A stretch of DNA of 16,459 nt from Candidatus Sulfobium sp. (GCA_037380845.1 JARRRI010000061.1:1-16459); one strand, 5' to 3'. Counted from the stretch's first letter, positions 7,373 through 15,975 are shown. Translations and numbers: made by a program. The notes: generated by a model not told the origin, from the sequence alone.

Positions 7373-8563
7373 CTATACCTCCCACTGCGTTCTAAAGGTT
7401 TCGGTTATTTTTATGCTGGATAATTTGTAGGTTGGATAAAAGCTTGCGACCAGACTGCAGAATACACCGACCAGTAAAGCGATAAGGAGGAACTGAGGCT
7501 TGGCACTTATAGCCGCTCCGATTTTCAGGAAAAAGGCATCAAGGAGATATGATGAAATTAAACCGATAAGGTAGCCGATAATGCCGCCTGATATTCCCAC
7601 AATAACGTATTCGTAGAGAAATATTATCAAAAGTTGAGTTCTCGAAGCACCCACCGACTTCAACATGCCGATTTCCTTTACCCTCGAATATAGAAGGTTG
7701 GTGACGATGTTAAATATTGAGAATATACTTACTGCGATCGTGGCAATTGCAATCGACAGGAGAAATCTGAACGTTTTCTTCAGTAAAATATACTTCATCG
7801 TGCTGAACTGCTGGGGAGAGAGGGCCTTTATATTGGGGATGCTGTTATTTAATTGATCCGTTACTGAAGTCAATAATTTCTTGTCTCTGTCCAACGAAGA
7901 ACTCTGGACATTTACGACCGACATAAGGCCTTCTCTGTCAAAAAGCTTCTGGGCAACCGAAAAAGGTAAAAAGACCATATAATCTTCGGCTGCATTGGTC
8001 GGTCTCAGCAGACCTACAATCTTGAATTCTCGATTGTTTACCATGATTTTTTCGCCAACAATCAAACTTTTCTCTTTTGCATATGTTCCGCCCAGTACTG
8101 TTTCGTCATATGCGGCAGGCCATGTCCCGCTATCGAGATTCCACGAAGATCGCGCCTCCAATTCTTTCTTGAAATCGATGCCTGCTACAACAGCTTCCAA
8201 TCGCTTTGTTCGGTACCGGATGTCGGCTTTCTGGTAAATCCTGGGAGTAATAAGAACTGCCGGGTTCTTCCCGGAAATATTCTGCTTGATGATTCCCTCT
8301 ACGTCAGCAATAACAGAAACCGGGATGTATTCATTAAGAATGACCCCTATCTGATCTAGGCTCGCCGGTTGAATATTCTTTGGCTGAACCATCAGGGTGA
8401 ATCCAAATTTGGATGCCAGGTTTGTGAGAAAACTATCGGCGTTGTCAAGAGTCAAAACTATTGTGCTGAGGATAGCAACAGGGATGGCAACAGCTATCAA
8501 TACGTAAAGTGTTTTTCCTTTTCTTCTGGTCAAATCCTTTGTTGCCATCGAAAAAAGCTTCAC
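7373..8563 (-). CDS. ABC transporter permease, MacB/FtsX/LolE family
   Basis: One N-terminal TM, a large periplasmic domain and three C-terminal TMs; RVKEIGMLKSVGAS motif; GTG start with GGGAGG SD. Confidence 0.93.
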   Translation of the reverse strand: MKLFSMATKDLTRRKGKTLYVLIAVAIPVAILSTIVLTLDNADSFLTNLASKFGFTLMVQPKNIQPASLDQIGVILNEYIPVSVIADVEGIIKQNISGKNPAVLITPRIYQKADIRYRTKRLEAVVAGIDFKKELEARSSWNLDSGTWPAAYDETVLGGTYAKEKSLIVGEKIMVNNREFKIVGLLRPTNAAEDYMVFLPFSVAQKLFDREGLMSVVNVQSSSLDRDKKLLTSVTDQLNNSIPNIKALSPQQFSTMKYILLKKTFRFLLSIAIATIAVSIFSIFNIVTNLLYSRVKEIGMLKSVGASRTQLLIIFLYEYVIVGISGGIIGYLIGLISSYLLDAFFLKIGAAISAKPQFLLIALLVGVFCSLVASFYPTYKLSSIKITETFRTQWEV

Positions 8564-8564
8564 A

Positions 8565-9830
8565 TCAAACCTCCCACTGAGTTCTAAAGGTCTCGGTGAT
8601 CTTTATCCTTGATAGTTTATAAGCAGGATAAAAAATGGCGACCAGGCTGCATACGACGCCAAGCGACAGGGCGATCCAGAAATACTGGGTGCTGATTCTA
8701 ATGATCGCTCCGATGTCCAATAGAGAATTCAGGATATAAGCCATTCCTACGCCGGCGAGGAAACCGACGGAACCCCCAAGCAGACCGAGGATAAGATGCT
8801 GATAAAGAAACAATCTGAGAAGCTGAAATCTCGATGCGCCTACTGACTTTAAAAGTCCGATCTCCTTAACGCGCGAGTAGAGGGCGCCGGTAACCGTATT
8901 AAAAATCGAGAAAAAGCCCACGGCCAGCGTCGCCAGAACTATCGAAAGCAGAAACTTATAAAGCATATTAAAGAACTCAAATTGAACTTCTGCAATGTTT
9001 AGCTGAGAAACTGATGTAATTCCGGTGACTTTCTTATTCAATTCAACCATCGCGTCACCAACGGGGCATTTCGGGCACATGGCCCTGACGCTGAGCAGGG
9101 ATACAAATCCTTCCTTATTAAAGATTTTTTGAGCGGTCCCGAGGGGAATAAATACCATATAATCGTCAGCGGAATTTGTTTCCTGCAACACTCCGACGAC
9201 ATTAAATTTCTTATTTTTTACCGTGACCGAACTGCCGGCTGTCAATCCCTTAACACTGGCGAATGTTCCGCCGAGCACCGCTTCGTCTTCTCTGGCCTTC
9301 CTAAGCCGATTTGAGTCTTCAGGCCATGTCCCACTGGATAGGTCCCACCAGAATCTGACGAAATATTCCTTATAGAAATCAACCCCTGCCACTATTGTCT
9401 GTATACCGTCAACATCAGTCTTCTCATAAAGCCGAGGAGCCCACGTAGGAGGCTGTATACTTATCTCGCCAATACCCGGTCTTGAAACCAGGCCGCCCTT
9501 CTTTTCCCATCCCGTTTTTATCGCTTCATCGTAGATTTTTGCTATATGCGGGACCGCTGATTCAGGGATATATTGCCCCAGGACCACATCTGACGATGAC
9601 ACAGTTCCGGGACTTACATTATCTCCCTTATTGCCTGAGACACCGGCCGGCCGTACCGTTAAGGTATGTCCAGTCCGTGTAATAACTTCCAGTATGGTAG
9701 TGTTGGCGGAATCACTGACTATTGAAAGTGACGTGAGCAGGGCAACTGCAATGACTATGGCCAGAACAATTAATCCATTCCTTCCGGGCCTCCTGATCAA
9801 CTCTATGAGAGCAACCTTCAATATTCCCAT
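8565..9830 (-). CDS. ABC transporter permease, MacB/FtsX/LolE family, with periplasmic CxxC
   Basis: Same topology; RVKEIGLLKSVGAS motif; RAMCPKCP in the extracytoplasmic domain. Confidence 0.93.
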   Translation of the reverse strand: MGILKVALIELIRRPGRNGLIVLAIVIAVALLTSLSIVSDSANTTILEVITRTGHTLTVRPAGVSGNKGDNVSPGTVSSSDVVLGQYIPESAVPHIAKIYDEAIKTGWEKKGGLVSRPGIGEISIQPPTWAPRLYEKTDVDGIQTIVAGVDFYKEYFVRFWWDLSSGTWPEDSNRLRKAREDEAVLGGTFASVKGLTAGSSVTVKNKKFNVVGVLQETNSADDYMVFIPLGTAQKIFNKEGFVSLLSVRAMCPKCPVGDAMVELNKKVTGITSVSQLNIAEVQFEFFNMLYKFLLSIVLATLAVGFFSIFNTVTGALYSRVKEIGLLKSVGASRFQLLRLFLYQHLILGLLGGSVGFLAGVGMAYILNSLLDIGAIIRISTQYFWIALSLGVVCSLVAIFYPAYKLSRIKITETFRTQWEV

Positions 9831-9833
9831 TTG

Positions 9834-10562
9834 TCAGCATCCTCCCATCAACAGCGTAACCGGATCAGCTACATTCTCATACAGCACACCGTCCTTCATA
9901 ACAAAGACCTTTTTTGCCTTTTCTATCCATGCCAGTGTATGGCTGACAACTATCACAGTTTTTTTATACTCTTCGTTAATATGGCGAAATATTTCTATTA
10001 CTTCCTGCTCCGTTCTGATATCCAGTTCCCCTGTAGGTTCATCAGCGAGAATTATATCGGGGTCATTCATAAGGGCGCGCACAATAGCCACTCTTCTCTG
10101 TTCACCTCCCGAAAGTTCCGAGGGGAAAGCGGCGACCTTTTCTACCATATCAAGCTCGCGCAGCATAGAGACGGCTTTTTCCCTGATTTTATCCCGGTCT
10201 TTCTTCCCGCCGTTGGCAAATATCAGGGGCATGACAATATTGTTCATTACGTCGAGAGATGGCAAAAGACTGAAGGATTGAAAACAGAATCCTATTTTTT
10301 TGTTTCTGAATTTGGATATAGCCTTATCATCGTGGCTCCATATATCGACTCCCTCAATTCGGACTGTCCCACCCGTAGGTTTTGTAAGACCGCCTATCAC
10401 GCTGACCAGAGTCGTCTTGCCCGACCCGGAATGGCCCATGAAGACCGCAAAATCAGACTCTTCGATGTCAAGATTTATCCCTTTCAGCGCCTCCACGTGC
10501 TGCTCTCCCACGTGATAAATCTTAGTCAAATCCCTTACCTCAATAAATGATCCCATCATCAC
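9834..10562 (-). CDS. ABC transporter ATP-binding protein (LolD/MacB-like)
   Basis: Walker A GHSGSGKT, FCFQ, LSGGEQRR, ILADEPTG, H-loop VSH and terminal VMKDG. The start overlaps the upstream permease stop. Confidence 0.96.
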   Translation of the reverse strand: MMMGSFIEVRDLTKIYHVGEQHVEALKGINLDIEESDFAVFMGHSGSGKTTLVSVIGGLTKPTGGTVRIEGVDIWSHDDKAISKFRNKKIGFCFQSFSLLPSLDVMNNIVMPLIFANGGKKDRDKIREKAVSMLRELDMVEKVAAFPSELSGGEQRRVAIVRALMNDPDIILADEPTGELDIRTEQEVIEIFRHINEEYKKTVIVVSHTLAWIEKAKKVFVMKDGVLYENVADPVTLLMGGC

Positions 10563-11776
10563 AGCCCCTGCTTCATGGTTTCATGAGGATCTATCTTTAC
10601 AGCGATGAAGGCCGGATATGTGGACCCGGTGATTCCCATCAGCAGAGCGATCGCGATTGCGCCGGCGGCAAGTATGACTATAAGTTCCGGCGGGGGCAGC
10701 ATGAAGGGGATATTGAGAAGCTTAAGATAAAAAACAATCGATCTTTGAAACAGTTTAAGCATTATACCTCCGATCAGCATGCCGATAAGGCCGCTGATCA
10801 CGCTTATCATGGTAGATTCGTAAAGGACAAGCTTAAATATTGCGGCCTTGGTCGCACCGATCGCTCTGATGATCCCTATTTCCCTTTTCCTCTCATTAAC
10901 TACGGCAGAAAATATAGCATTGATCATGAGAATATTAGACATGACAAGAACAACAATCAATGCGATGATTCCGGAAAAAACCGCGACAGTTGTCTGCCGG
11001 GCAGACGTTTGAATATTGCCGGTAGTAACGACTTTGAGATTAGGATTGTCCCTGAGAATGGAAAATGTTATAAACGGTATTTTTGCTCCGACTGCCAGTT
11101 GGACGAGTACACCCGATATTTTGCCGTTAATCGGCTGCAGCGGTTGAATCGATGGATCCGACCGCGATTTCTCGGACATTTCATAAGCTTTATCCAAATC
11201 AAAAAAGATGGCGTTATCATATAATCCGATGCCGGTCCTTTCCAGTTTCCCCCAGACTCTCAGGTTTACTCCATAAAATCTTATACTATCACCCACATTC
11301 CACATGGTCATAGCGCCGATAATTGCCCCGTCTTTTGGAAACTCTTCTTTTTTGCTCTTTTTTTCGACCCATGGAAGAACAGTAAAATCATCAGAGGGAT
11401 CGAACCCGATTAAGAAAGAATTACCGGTAATACAGCATTCCCCGGTTGCGCTCGTAAGGAAGATCTGAGCAGACGCTCTCTTGACGCCCTTTAACGAGCG
11501 GACTTCCTCCACGACAGATTTGTTCATATAAAAAGCGGACGGCTCCCCCGTAAGTAAGGCCGATTTCAGGTTGACCAATGATTCCTTGGGGATTACCAGA
11601 ATGTCAGCTCCAAGTTTCGAGAGGCCTTTATCCAGGCTATGATGGATTCCTATTATGAGTATGGAACTGGCGAACAAGGCCCCTATGACCATACTCACAC
11701 CGAAAAGTATGATATAAAATCTTAACTGTTTAACCTGAAGGTTCTGATAAGCCAGTCTGAATAACGATAAGACCAT
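10559..11776 (-). CDS. ABC transporter permease, MacB/FtsX family, with periplasmic CC motif
   Basis: LGADILV, ERKREIGIIRAIGA, 1+3 TM topology and GECCIT motif. Start placed at ATG 11776 (MVLSLFRLAYQNL, GGAG upstream) because the 11872 ATG lies inside an inverted repeat. Confidence 0.92.
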   Translation of the reverse strand: MVLSLFRLAYQNLQVKQLRFYIILFGVSMVIGALFASSILIIGIHHSLDKGLSKLGADILVIPKESLVNLKSALLTGEPSAFYMNKSVVEEVRSLKGVKRASAQIFLTSATGECCITGNSFLIGFDPSDDFTVLPWVEKKSKKEEFPKDGAIIGAMTMWNVGDSIRFYGVNLRVWGKLERTGIGLYDNAIFFDLDKAYEMSEKSRSDPSIQPLQPINGKISGVLVQLAVGAKIPFITFSILRDNPNLKVVTTGNIQTSARQTTVAVFSGIIALIVVLVMSNILMINAIFSAVVNERKREIGIIRAIGATKAAIFKLVLYESTMISVISGLIGMLIGGIMLKLFQRSIVFYLKLLNIPFMLPPPELIVILAAGAIAIALLMGITGSTYPAFIAVKIDPHETMKQGL

Positions 11777-11844
11777 CAGCTGATCATCTCCAATTGTTCT
11801 TAATGTCTTTTGAGTCTTCCCGCCGGACTCGTAACTAAAAGATC

Positions 11845-11878
11845 TTCTCCATGATGGAGGAGCCTCCATCATGGAGAA
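11845..11878 (-). terminator. Perfect 16-bp inverted repeat after tcdh (terminator-like or mRNA-stabilising hairpin)
   Basis: TTCTCCATGATGGAGG-AG-CCTCCATCATGGAGAA, about 33 nt past the tcdh stop. On the minus strand it is followed only by a weak U-tract (GATCTTTT). Confidence 0.6.
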
Positions 11879-11910
11879 ATTTGAAGATTCAGTTCATGTT
11901 CAGCCGTTCT

Positions 11911-13455
11911 TTATGTAGTCGGACATCTCGAAATCGAAAGTTCCTTTTTATTCCGTGGCACGATTACGGAATCGTGATGACCATACGGACTCGGCAGATA
12001 ACCGTAGAACTTGTCGTCCTTGACGCGCACTACATAGGTACCGGTATTGGTCTTCTGATATCCGCTATAGACGCCAAAGAGCCACTTGCCGTCACCGGTA
12101 CAGGCGATCGTATGAGTATCGGGACCGATTTCAATCACTTTCGTTATCTTCCAGGATCGCGTATCAACAACGGCTATCGAATTTTTAGTCGGAGGTGGCC
12201 ACCAGAGAGTAACGTACATCTTGCTGACGTCAGGAGTAAACGCCATATGGAAGGGGTTAGGATACGCGCCTCTCCAGCTCCGGTCTCCTACTCCTGCGAC
12301 CCTTTTCCAACTCGTAGGATCATTTTGGTTGGAAGAATCGAACACCGCCATTATGTTCTCTCTGCTGTTGTTCATTAGGACAAAGAAATTGCCGTCCGGA
12401 CTGTAGCCGGCCTGATGTGCCGGTGTCGGCACATTCTTAAATTTGGCTTCCCATTCCCCGTTGCCCACTTTCCGCAGGGGTATCTGAAAGTCTATTTTGG
12501 CCTGCTTGTCAGAGCCAACGACAACAGCCTTTGGTTCCCACGTCCTCGTATCGAAGACGACACCAGCACCGAGTAATCTGAGGGCGGCTATACCGTACCT
12601 TTCGTGATTCGGGTCCCACCCAAGAGAATCAAGTGCAACGACGTTCTTCAGCTTGTGACCCGGCACCTTGCCCTGCTCGGCAAAGAGTTCGCCACCCGGA
12701 ACAAGCTCCCAATCGATCTTGATCCCCTTGGTACCTTTCAGGTCATAGGGAGGGCTTAACTTCTTGATTGTGAGAGTGCCGCCGTCGATCCATGCCCTCG
12801 AGAGCTCGGAATTATTGTATTCCCAGTTAAAGGCGACAAGGGCTTCGACTGACGAAGGATTTGTCCCTTTCCCCCTTCTGAAAATACCCATCAGATCCTT
12901 CTGACCGTCGCACACGGCAAACCTTTCATTGTCAGGAGCAGCCGTAACATGCACGCCAAGACCTACCCCTGTTGTTTCTGCGACGTCCTCCTGTATTTCC
13001 ATCTTGCTTCCATCGTACTTAACCCTCCAGATGTTAAACCCTTCCGCAGGATCCTTGACCGGCGTCGTAACGCCATAAATATACAGGTTCTTCCCGCCCT
13101 GGGAATCCACTATATACTCGAATTCCTTATAGGGATCTGGAGAATGGAACGCCGCAAGATGGTGCACTATAGGTGTCTTATTGCCGGCTGAAATGGCCAT
13201 ATTGATCCATGCCATACATTCGCCCGTGGACATATCATATGCACCAACGCCGCCGGCAAATTTGCCCGGGACCAGATGAACATACTTGCCAATCTGGTCA
13301 TAGACGTCCTGAAAAGTGGGATCACTGAAGATGCCGGCTTCAGCCTCTCGCGCCCGGAATAATGAACCCAGTCCGAGTTTCGAGCCGATTCCAACTCCAG
13401 CCGCAGCTGTGCCGGCAATCCCGGCCTTCAACAAACCACGCCTCGAAATTCCCAT
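11911..13455 (-). CDS. tcdh: Thiocyanate dehydrogenase (TcDH, thiocyanate desulfurase)-family Tat-exported tri-copper beta-propeller enzyme
   Basis: Tat signal SRRGLLK...AEA (cleavage near residue 40). Colinear with the Thioalkalivibrio paradoxus TcDH sequence as I recall it: YDQxGKY, PGKF, HHxAAFxSPDPYKEFE, QGGKNL, GLGVHVT, DGQKD, KIDWELVPGGEL, HQAG, WRGAYPNxFHM, WWP, GPDxHT, SGYQ, LPSPxGHHD. AGGAGGT SD. Confidence 0.92.
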   Translation of the reverse strand: MGISRRGLLKAGIAGTAAAGVGIGSKLGLGSLFRAREAEAGIFSDPTFQDVYDQIGKYVHLVPGKFAGGVGAYDMSTGECMAWINMAISAGNKTPIVHHLAAFHSPDPYKEFEYIVDSQGGKNLYIYGVTTPVKDPAEGFNIWRVKYDGSKMEIQEDVAETTGVGLGVHVTAAPDNERFAVCDGQKDLMGIFRRGKGTNPSSVEALVAFNWEYNNSELSRAWIDGGTLTIKKLSPPYDLKGTKGIKIDWELVPGGELFAEQGKVPGHKLKNVVALDSLGWDPNHERYGIAALRLLGAGVVFDTRTWEPKAVVVGSDKQAKIDFQIPLRKVGNGEWEAKFKNVPTPAHQAGYSPDGNFFVLMNNSRENIMAVFDSSNQNDPTSWKRVAGVGDRSWRGAYPNPFHMAFTPDVSKMYVTLWWPPPTKNSIAVVDTRSWKITKVIEIGPDTHTIACTGDGKWLFGVYSGYQKTNTGTYVVRVKDDKFYGYLPSPYGHHDSVIVPRNKKELSISRCPTT

Positions 13456-13553
13456 TTAAATACCTCCTTTCCTGCAAATTACTTTCCGCCTTGAAACATC
13501 CCCTCAACTCTTTTCTGCAAGCAGCCTCCTTTCTTTCGAGATATGCATATCAT

Positions 13554-13569
13554 TTCAAATTACATGCCC
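13554..13569 (-). promoter_or_regulatory. Putative sigma54 (-24/-12) promoter of the tcdh operon
   Basis: Minus strand GGGCATGTAATTTGAA = GG-N10-GA versus consensus TGGCACG-N4-TTGC. Spacing is correct with a non-consensus A at -12; about 100 nt upstream of the ATG. Confidence 0.6.
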
Positions 13570-13584
13570 GGATCCTGTATCGCT

Positions 13585-13597
13585 CCATTGTTTGATT
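13585..13597 (-). promoter_or_regulatory. IHF-like site
   Basis: AATCAAACAATGG has one mismatch to WATCAANNNNTTR, has an upstream A-tract, and lies between the sigma54 site and the enhancer palindromes. Confidence 0.4.
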
Positions 13598-13632
13598 TAA
13601 AAGGATTTTTTTGAGAGTGTACACACTCGGCT

Positions 13633-13682
13633 TTGTTCATTGCGAAACATGAGTCAGTTCCATTTGTTTCATTATGAAAACA
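13633..13682. promoter_or_regulatory. Pair of putative enhancer (UAS) palindromes for a sigma54 activator
   Basis: TTGTTCA-TTG-CGAAACA (13633-13649) and TGTTTCA-TTA-TGAAAAC (13665-13681); shared consensus TGTTTCA-N3-TGAAACA; centres 32 bp apart. Confidence 0.6.
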
Positions 13683-14314
13683 ACAAACTCATGCAGTGAA
13701 AAAAATCGTGGTTAAAGGGTCGCAAGCCGGTTCCGGATGAAAAAGGAGTTGAATTGATAATTAACATTGCGTACTGAATCCCCCTCGAAGAAATTCTCGG
13801 GGGGAAGTTGAAGATCATGCGATAAATGCAAAAGGCGGTGTATCACCGTTACCACTATCGTCTGAAAATGAAGTTTAGTAAAGGAGGCTTCGGGATGCCT
13901 GATGTCGTCGAAGCGATCTAATAGGGGGCTGTTTGTCACGGCCCCGCAATGCATCCAGATTGGACATGGCAATCAATTCAGGAGCAAAGTGCAGTACAGA
14001 GTCGTCCGGGCAGATTATACTGAGGTTCTTTCGTCCTCACGCTTCTTCTCCCCGATCCCGGTCGAAGGTGTAGAAACCTGAGGAAACCCAGCCGGAATAT
14101 CTAGACAAGTACCAATTGCCGGCTCCGATGTCGCCTCTTTCCCTGCTTTCGATCATTTTGAGAGGACTGGTCGCCTTGACGTCCCGGTTTGTACTTCTGT
14201 TTCAGCGAGCCTTCACCCATCGAGCTGGAGCCCTTAATCCGGCCGCGGCTCCGCTGCCTTTTTTTGATCGTCCTGCCGTTTAGTATTCTCAATTTATCTT
14301 TTTTTACCTGCGCT

Positions 14315-15766
14315 TCAGAATTTGAAAGTCAGTTCCAGGAAAGAGTAGTCTCCTTCAGAGCCATCAGGAAATGTCTTTTTTACGACATCTCCTCCCCACA
14401 TATGGGAGTAATAGAAATAGAGGCTAAGGTTCCTGCTGAGATTGTAAAAGAAGTGGCCGCCTGCCATCGTCCCAATGTTATCCTCTCCCTGGCTGGGCCT
14501 CCCGGTGAAGCCGAATACGGACCTTGATGTGGCGCCGGAGCCGAAATACCACCTGTCTCTGGAATTGTTCAGACCGACGAAATTCAAATCCAGCTTGACG
14601 GTCGTTTTGGGAGAAGGCTTCAGTATAAGCATTGCAAAAAGGTCCTCTATGTTCATGTAATTGTAATAAGCCGGGGTATTGGACTGCTTCCGCACAGTGG
14701 GAAGAAGCTGGAAGAAGGTTCCATGGTCATTGTCATTGGGATTGTCATCTCCGGATGAAACGAAATAGCCGGCCCTCACCCAGGGTTTAAGCGGCACATC
14801 GAGAAACTGGTATCCCAGTTCGGCGTTCCATGCCCATGACTTCTGGTCCAAACTGCCCCATGTGCCCCTCTGGACGGCTCCCCACAGGATGAGGTCCATC
14901 TCCCCTTTTTCGGACGGTCTGTATACGGAAGCAAGATGGAAGCCCAGTGTGTTTATCCTTATATCTCCCCTGTCAAGCGGTGAGCCGGCGGGCTGATTGT
15001 CCGCTTTTGTCAGGCCCCGGTCGTCTTCATAGTAGATATAAAAGAGTCTCGTGTCGCTGTAGGGTACTACCCCCTTTTTAAGGGTCAATGCCAGGTAGGC
15101 GGCATCTATCTCCCTTATCTCCGTCTGGCCGTTCTTTTCGAAACCGCCCTGCGTCGGGTGAAATGCAGCGGCTGTGACGTTGACGGAGGCACTGTCATAC
15201 GTTCCCACTCCGCCGTCGAAGCTCCTCTGGAAGGAGGACCAGCCGAAGGGGCCTATAAGCCTTTCCGAAATCCTTACTTTCTTAAGCCAGTTCATCTTGC
15301 GGTCGTCTTTATAAAGCACTTCCTCTCCATCGAAGAAGGTCAGCCTGCCGGCCTTGAGCGTAAAGGGCGCAAATTTCAGCTTCACATTTGCCTGCCTTAT
15401 GTAGGTCGAGGAAGGATTCTCCTCCCGGTCATGGATAAAGTATATCGCTCCGCCGCCGAGGACCCCCTGCGGCGGAGGGGCAATGGCATCATCGGGCAGC
15501 CCGAACATGTTTACATTCTGAAGCTGCAGAAAGGCGTCCAGATGATTCGATTCAAACTTCACTCCCAGCTTTGTGCGTGTGAACTCATAGAAATAGTCAT
15601 TATTGAAAGGTCCGGCAGGCTCAAAGAAATTCCAGTATTCCACCCTGCCCGTAACTTCACCTGAAAGCGATAATTTCGTCCCGTGATTACCGTAAAGAGT
15701 GACGTCGGCCGATACAGCCGTCCCCCAAAAAAGCACAAAACACAAACCTGCAATCAATCTTTTCAT
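14315..15766 (-). CDS. Outer-membrane beta-barrel porin, alginate export (AlgE)-like family
   Basis: Sec signal (…TAVSA), amphipathic aromatic-rich strands, KAGR, ERLIGPFGWS..QRSFDG, SSGDDNPNDNDHGTFFQLLPT and C-terminal LELTFKF with terminal Phe; GGGGAG SD. Confidence 0.85.
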   Translation of the reverse strand: MKRLIAGLCFVLFWGTAVSADVTLYGNHGTKLSLSGEVTGRVEYWNFFEPAGPFNNDYFYEFTRTKLGVKFESNHLDAFLQLQNVNMFGLPDDAIAPPPQGVLGGGAIYFIHDREENPSSTYIRQANVKLKFAPFTLKAGRLTFFDGEEVLYKDDRKMNWLKKVRISERLIGPFGWSSFQRSFDGGVGTYDSASVNVTAAAFHPTQGGFEKNGQTEIREIDAAYLALTLKKGVVPYSDTRLFYIYYEDDRGLTKADNQPAGSPLDRGDIRINTLGFHLASVYRPSEKGEMDLILWGAVQRGTWGSLDQKSWAWNAELGYQFLDVPLKPWVRAGYFVSSGDDNPNDNDHGTFFQLLPTVRKQSNTPAYYNYMNIEDLFAMLILKPSPKTTVKLDLNFVGLNNSRDRWYFGSGATSRSVFGFTGRPSQGEDNIGTMAGGHFFYNLSRNLSLYFYYSHMWGGDVVKKTFPDGSEGDYSFLELTFKF

Positions 15767-15916
15767 CTCGCTCTCCCCCTATTCCAGCAAGCTTAATTCT
15801 TAAATTACCCGGCCCATTCCAGCCGATAGCTAGTCCTCGTGTTCCTGGAATGTATTCCTCTCTACCCCGCAACGTTTCAATCTAAAACCAAAGCGTCCTC
15901 CTTTCCAGTTAGCTTT

Positions 15917-15937
15917 GTGCCGACCCGGCACTTTTTT
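15917..15937 (+). terminator. Short GC hairpin plus T-run, oriented antisense to the flanking genes
   Basis: GTGCCG-ACC-CGGCAC followed by TTTTTT on the + strand. Confidence 0.3.
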
Positions 15938-15975
15938 CCTTTTTGCAGCAAGTACTCTTGCATTTATGGCGTTTT

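Noticed and set aside
11777..11872. 32-aa N-terminal extension of the permease, and ORF 11851..12378 (+)
   Set aside because: Both ATGs come from the inverted repeat; permease homology starts at MVLSL, and the + ORF is antisense to tcdh.
11911..13455. Nitrous oxide reductase NosZ or methanethiol oxidase (Tat signal, His-rich propeller, nearby ABC genes)
   Set aside because: There is no C-terminal CuA domain, the protein is too short for NosZ, no nos or mauG-like genes are present, and the motifs match TcDH throughout.
13712..14292. ORFs 13712..13972 and 14101..14292 as genes
   Set aside because: They are short, have no recognisable motif and lack convincing SD/start combinations.
1392..15664. 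Long alternative ORFs (e.g. 1392..1919 -, 9631..10281 +, 9831..10550 -, 10547..11224 +, 15158..15664 +)
   Set aside because: They are antisense or frame shadows of well-supported genes and have no motifs.
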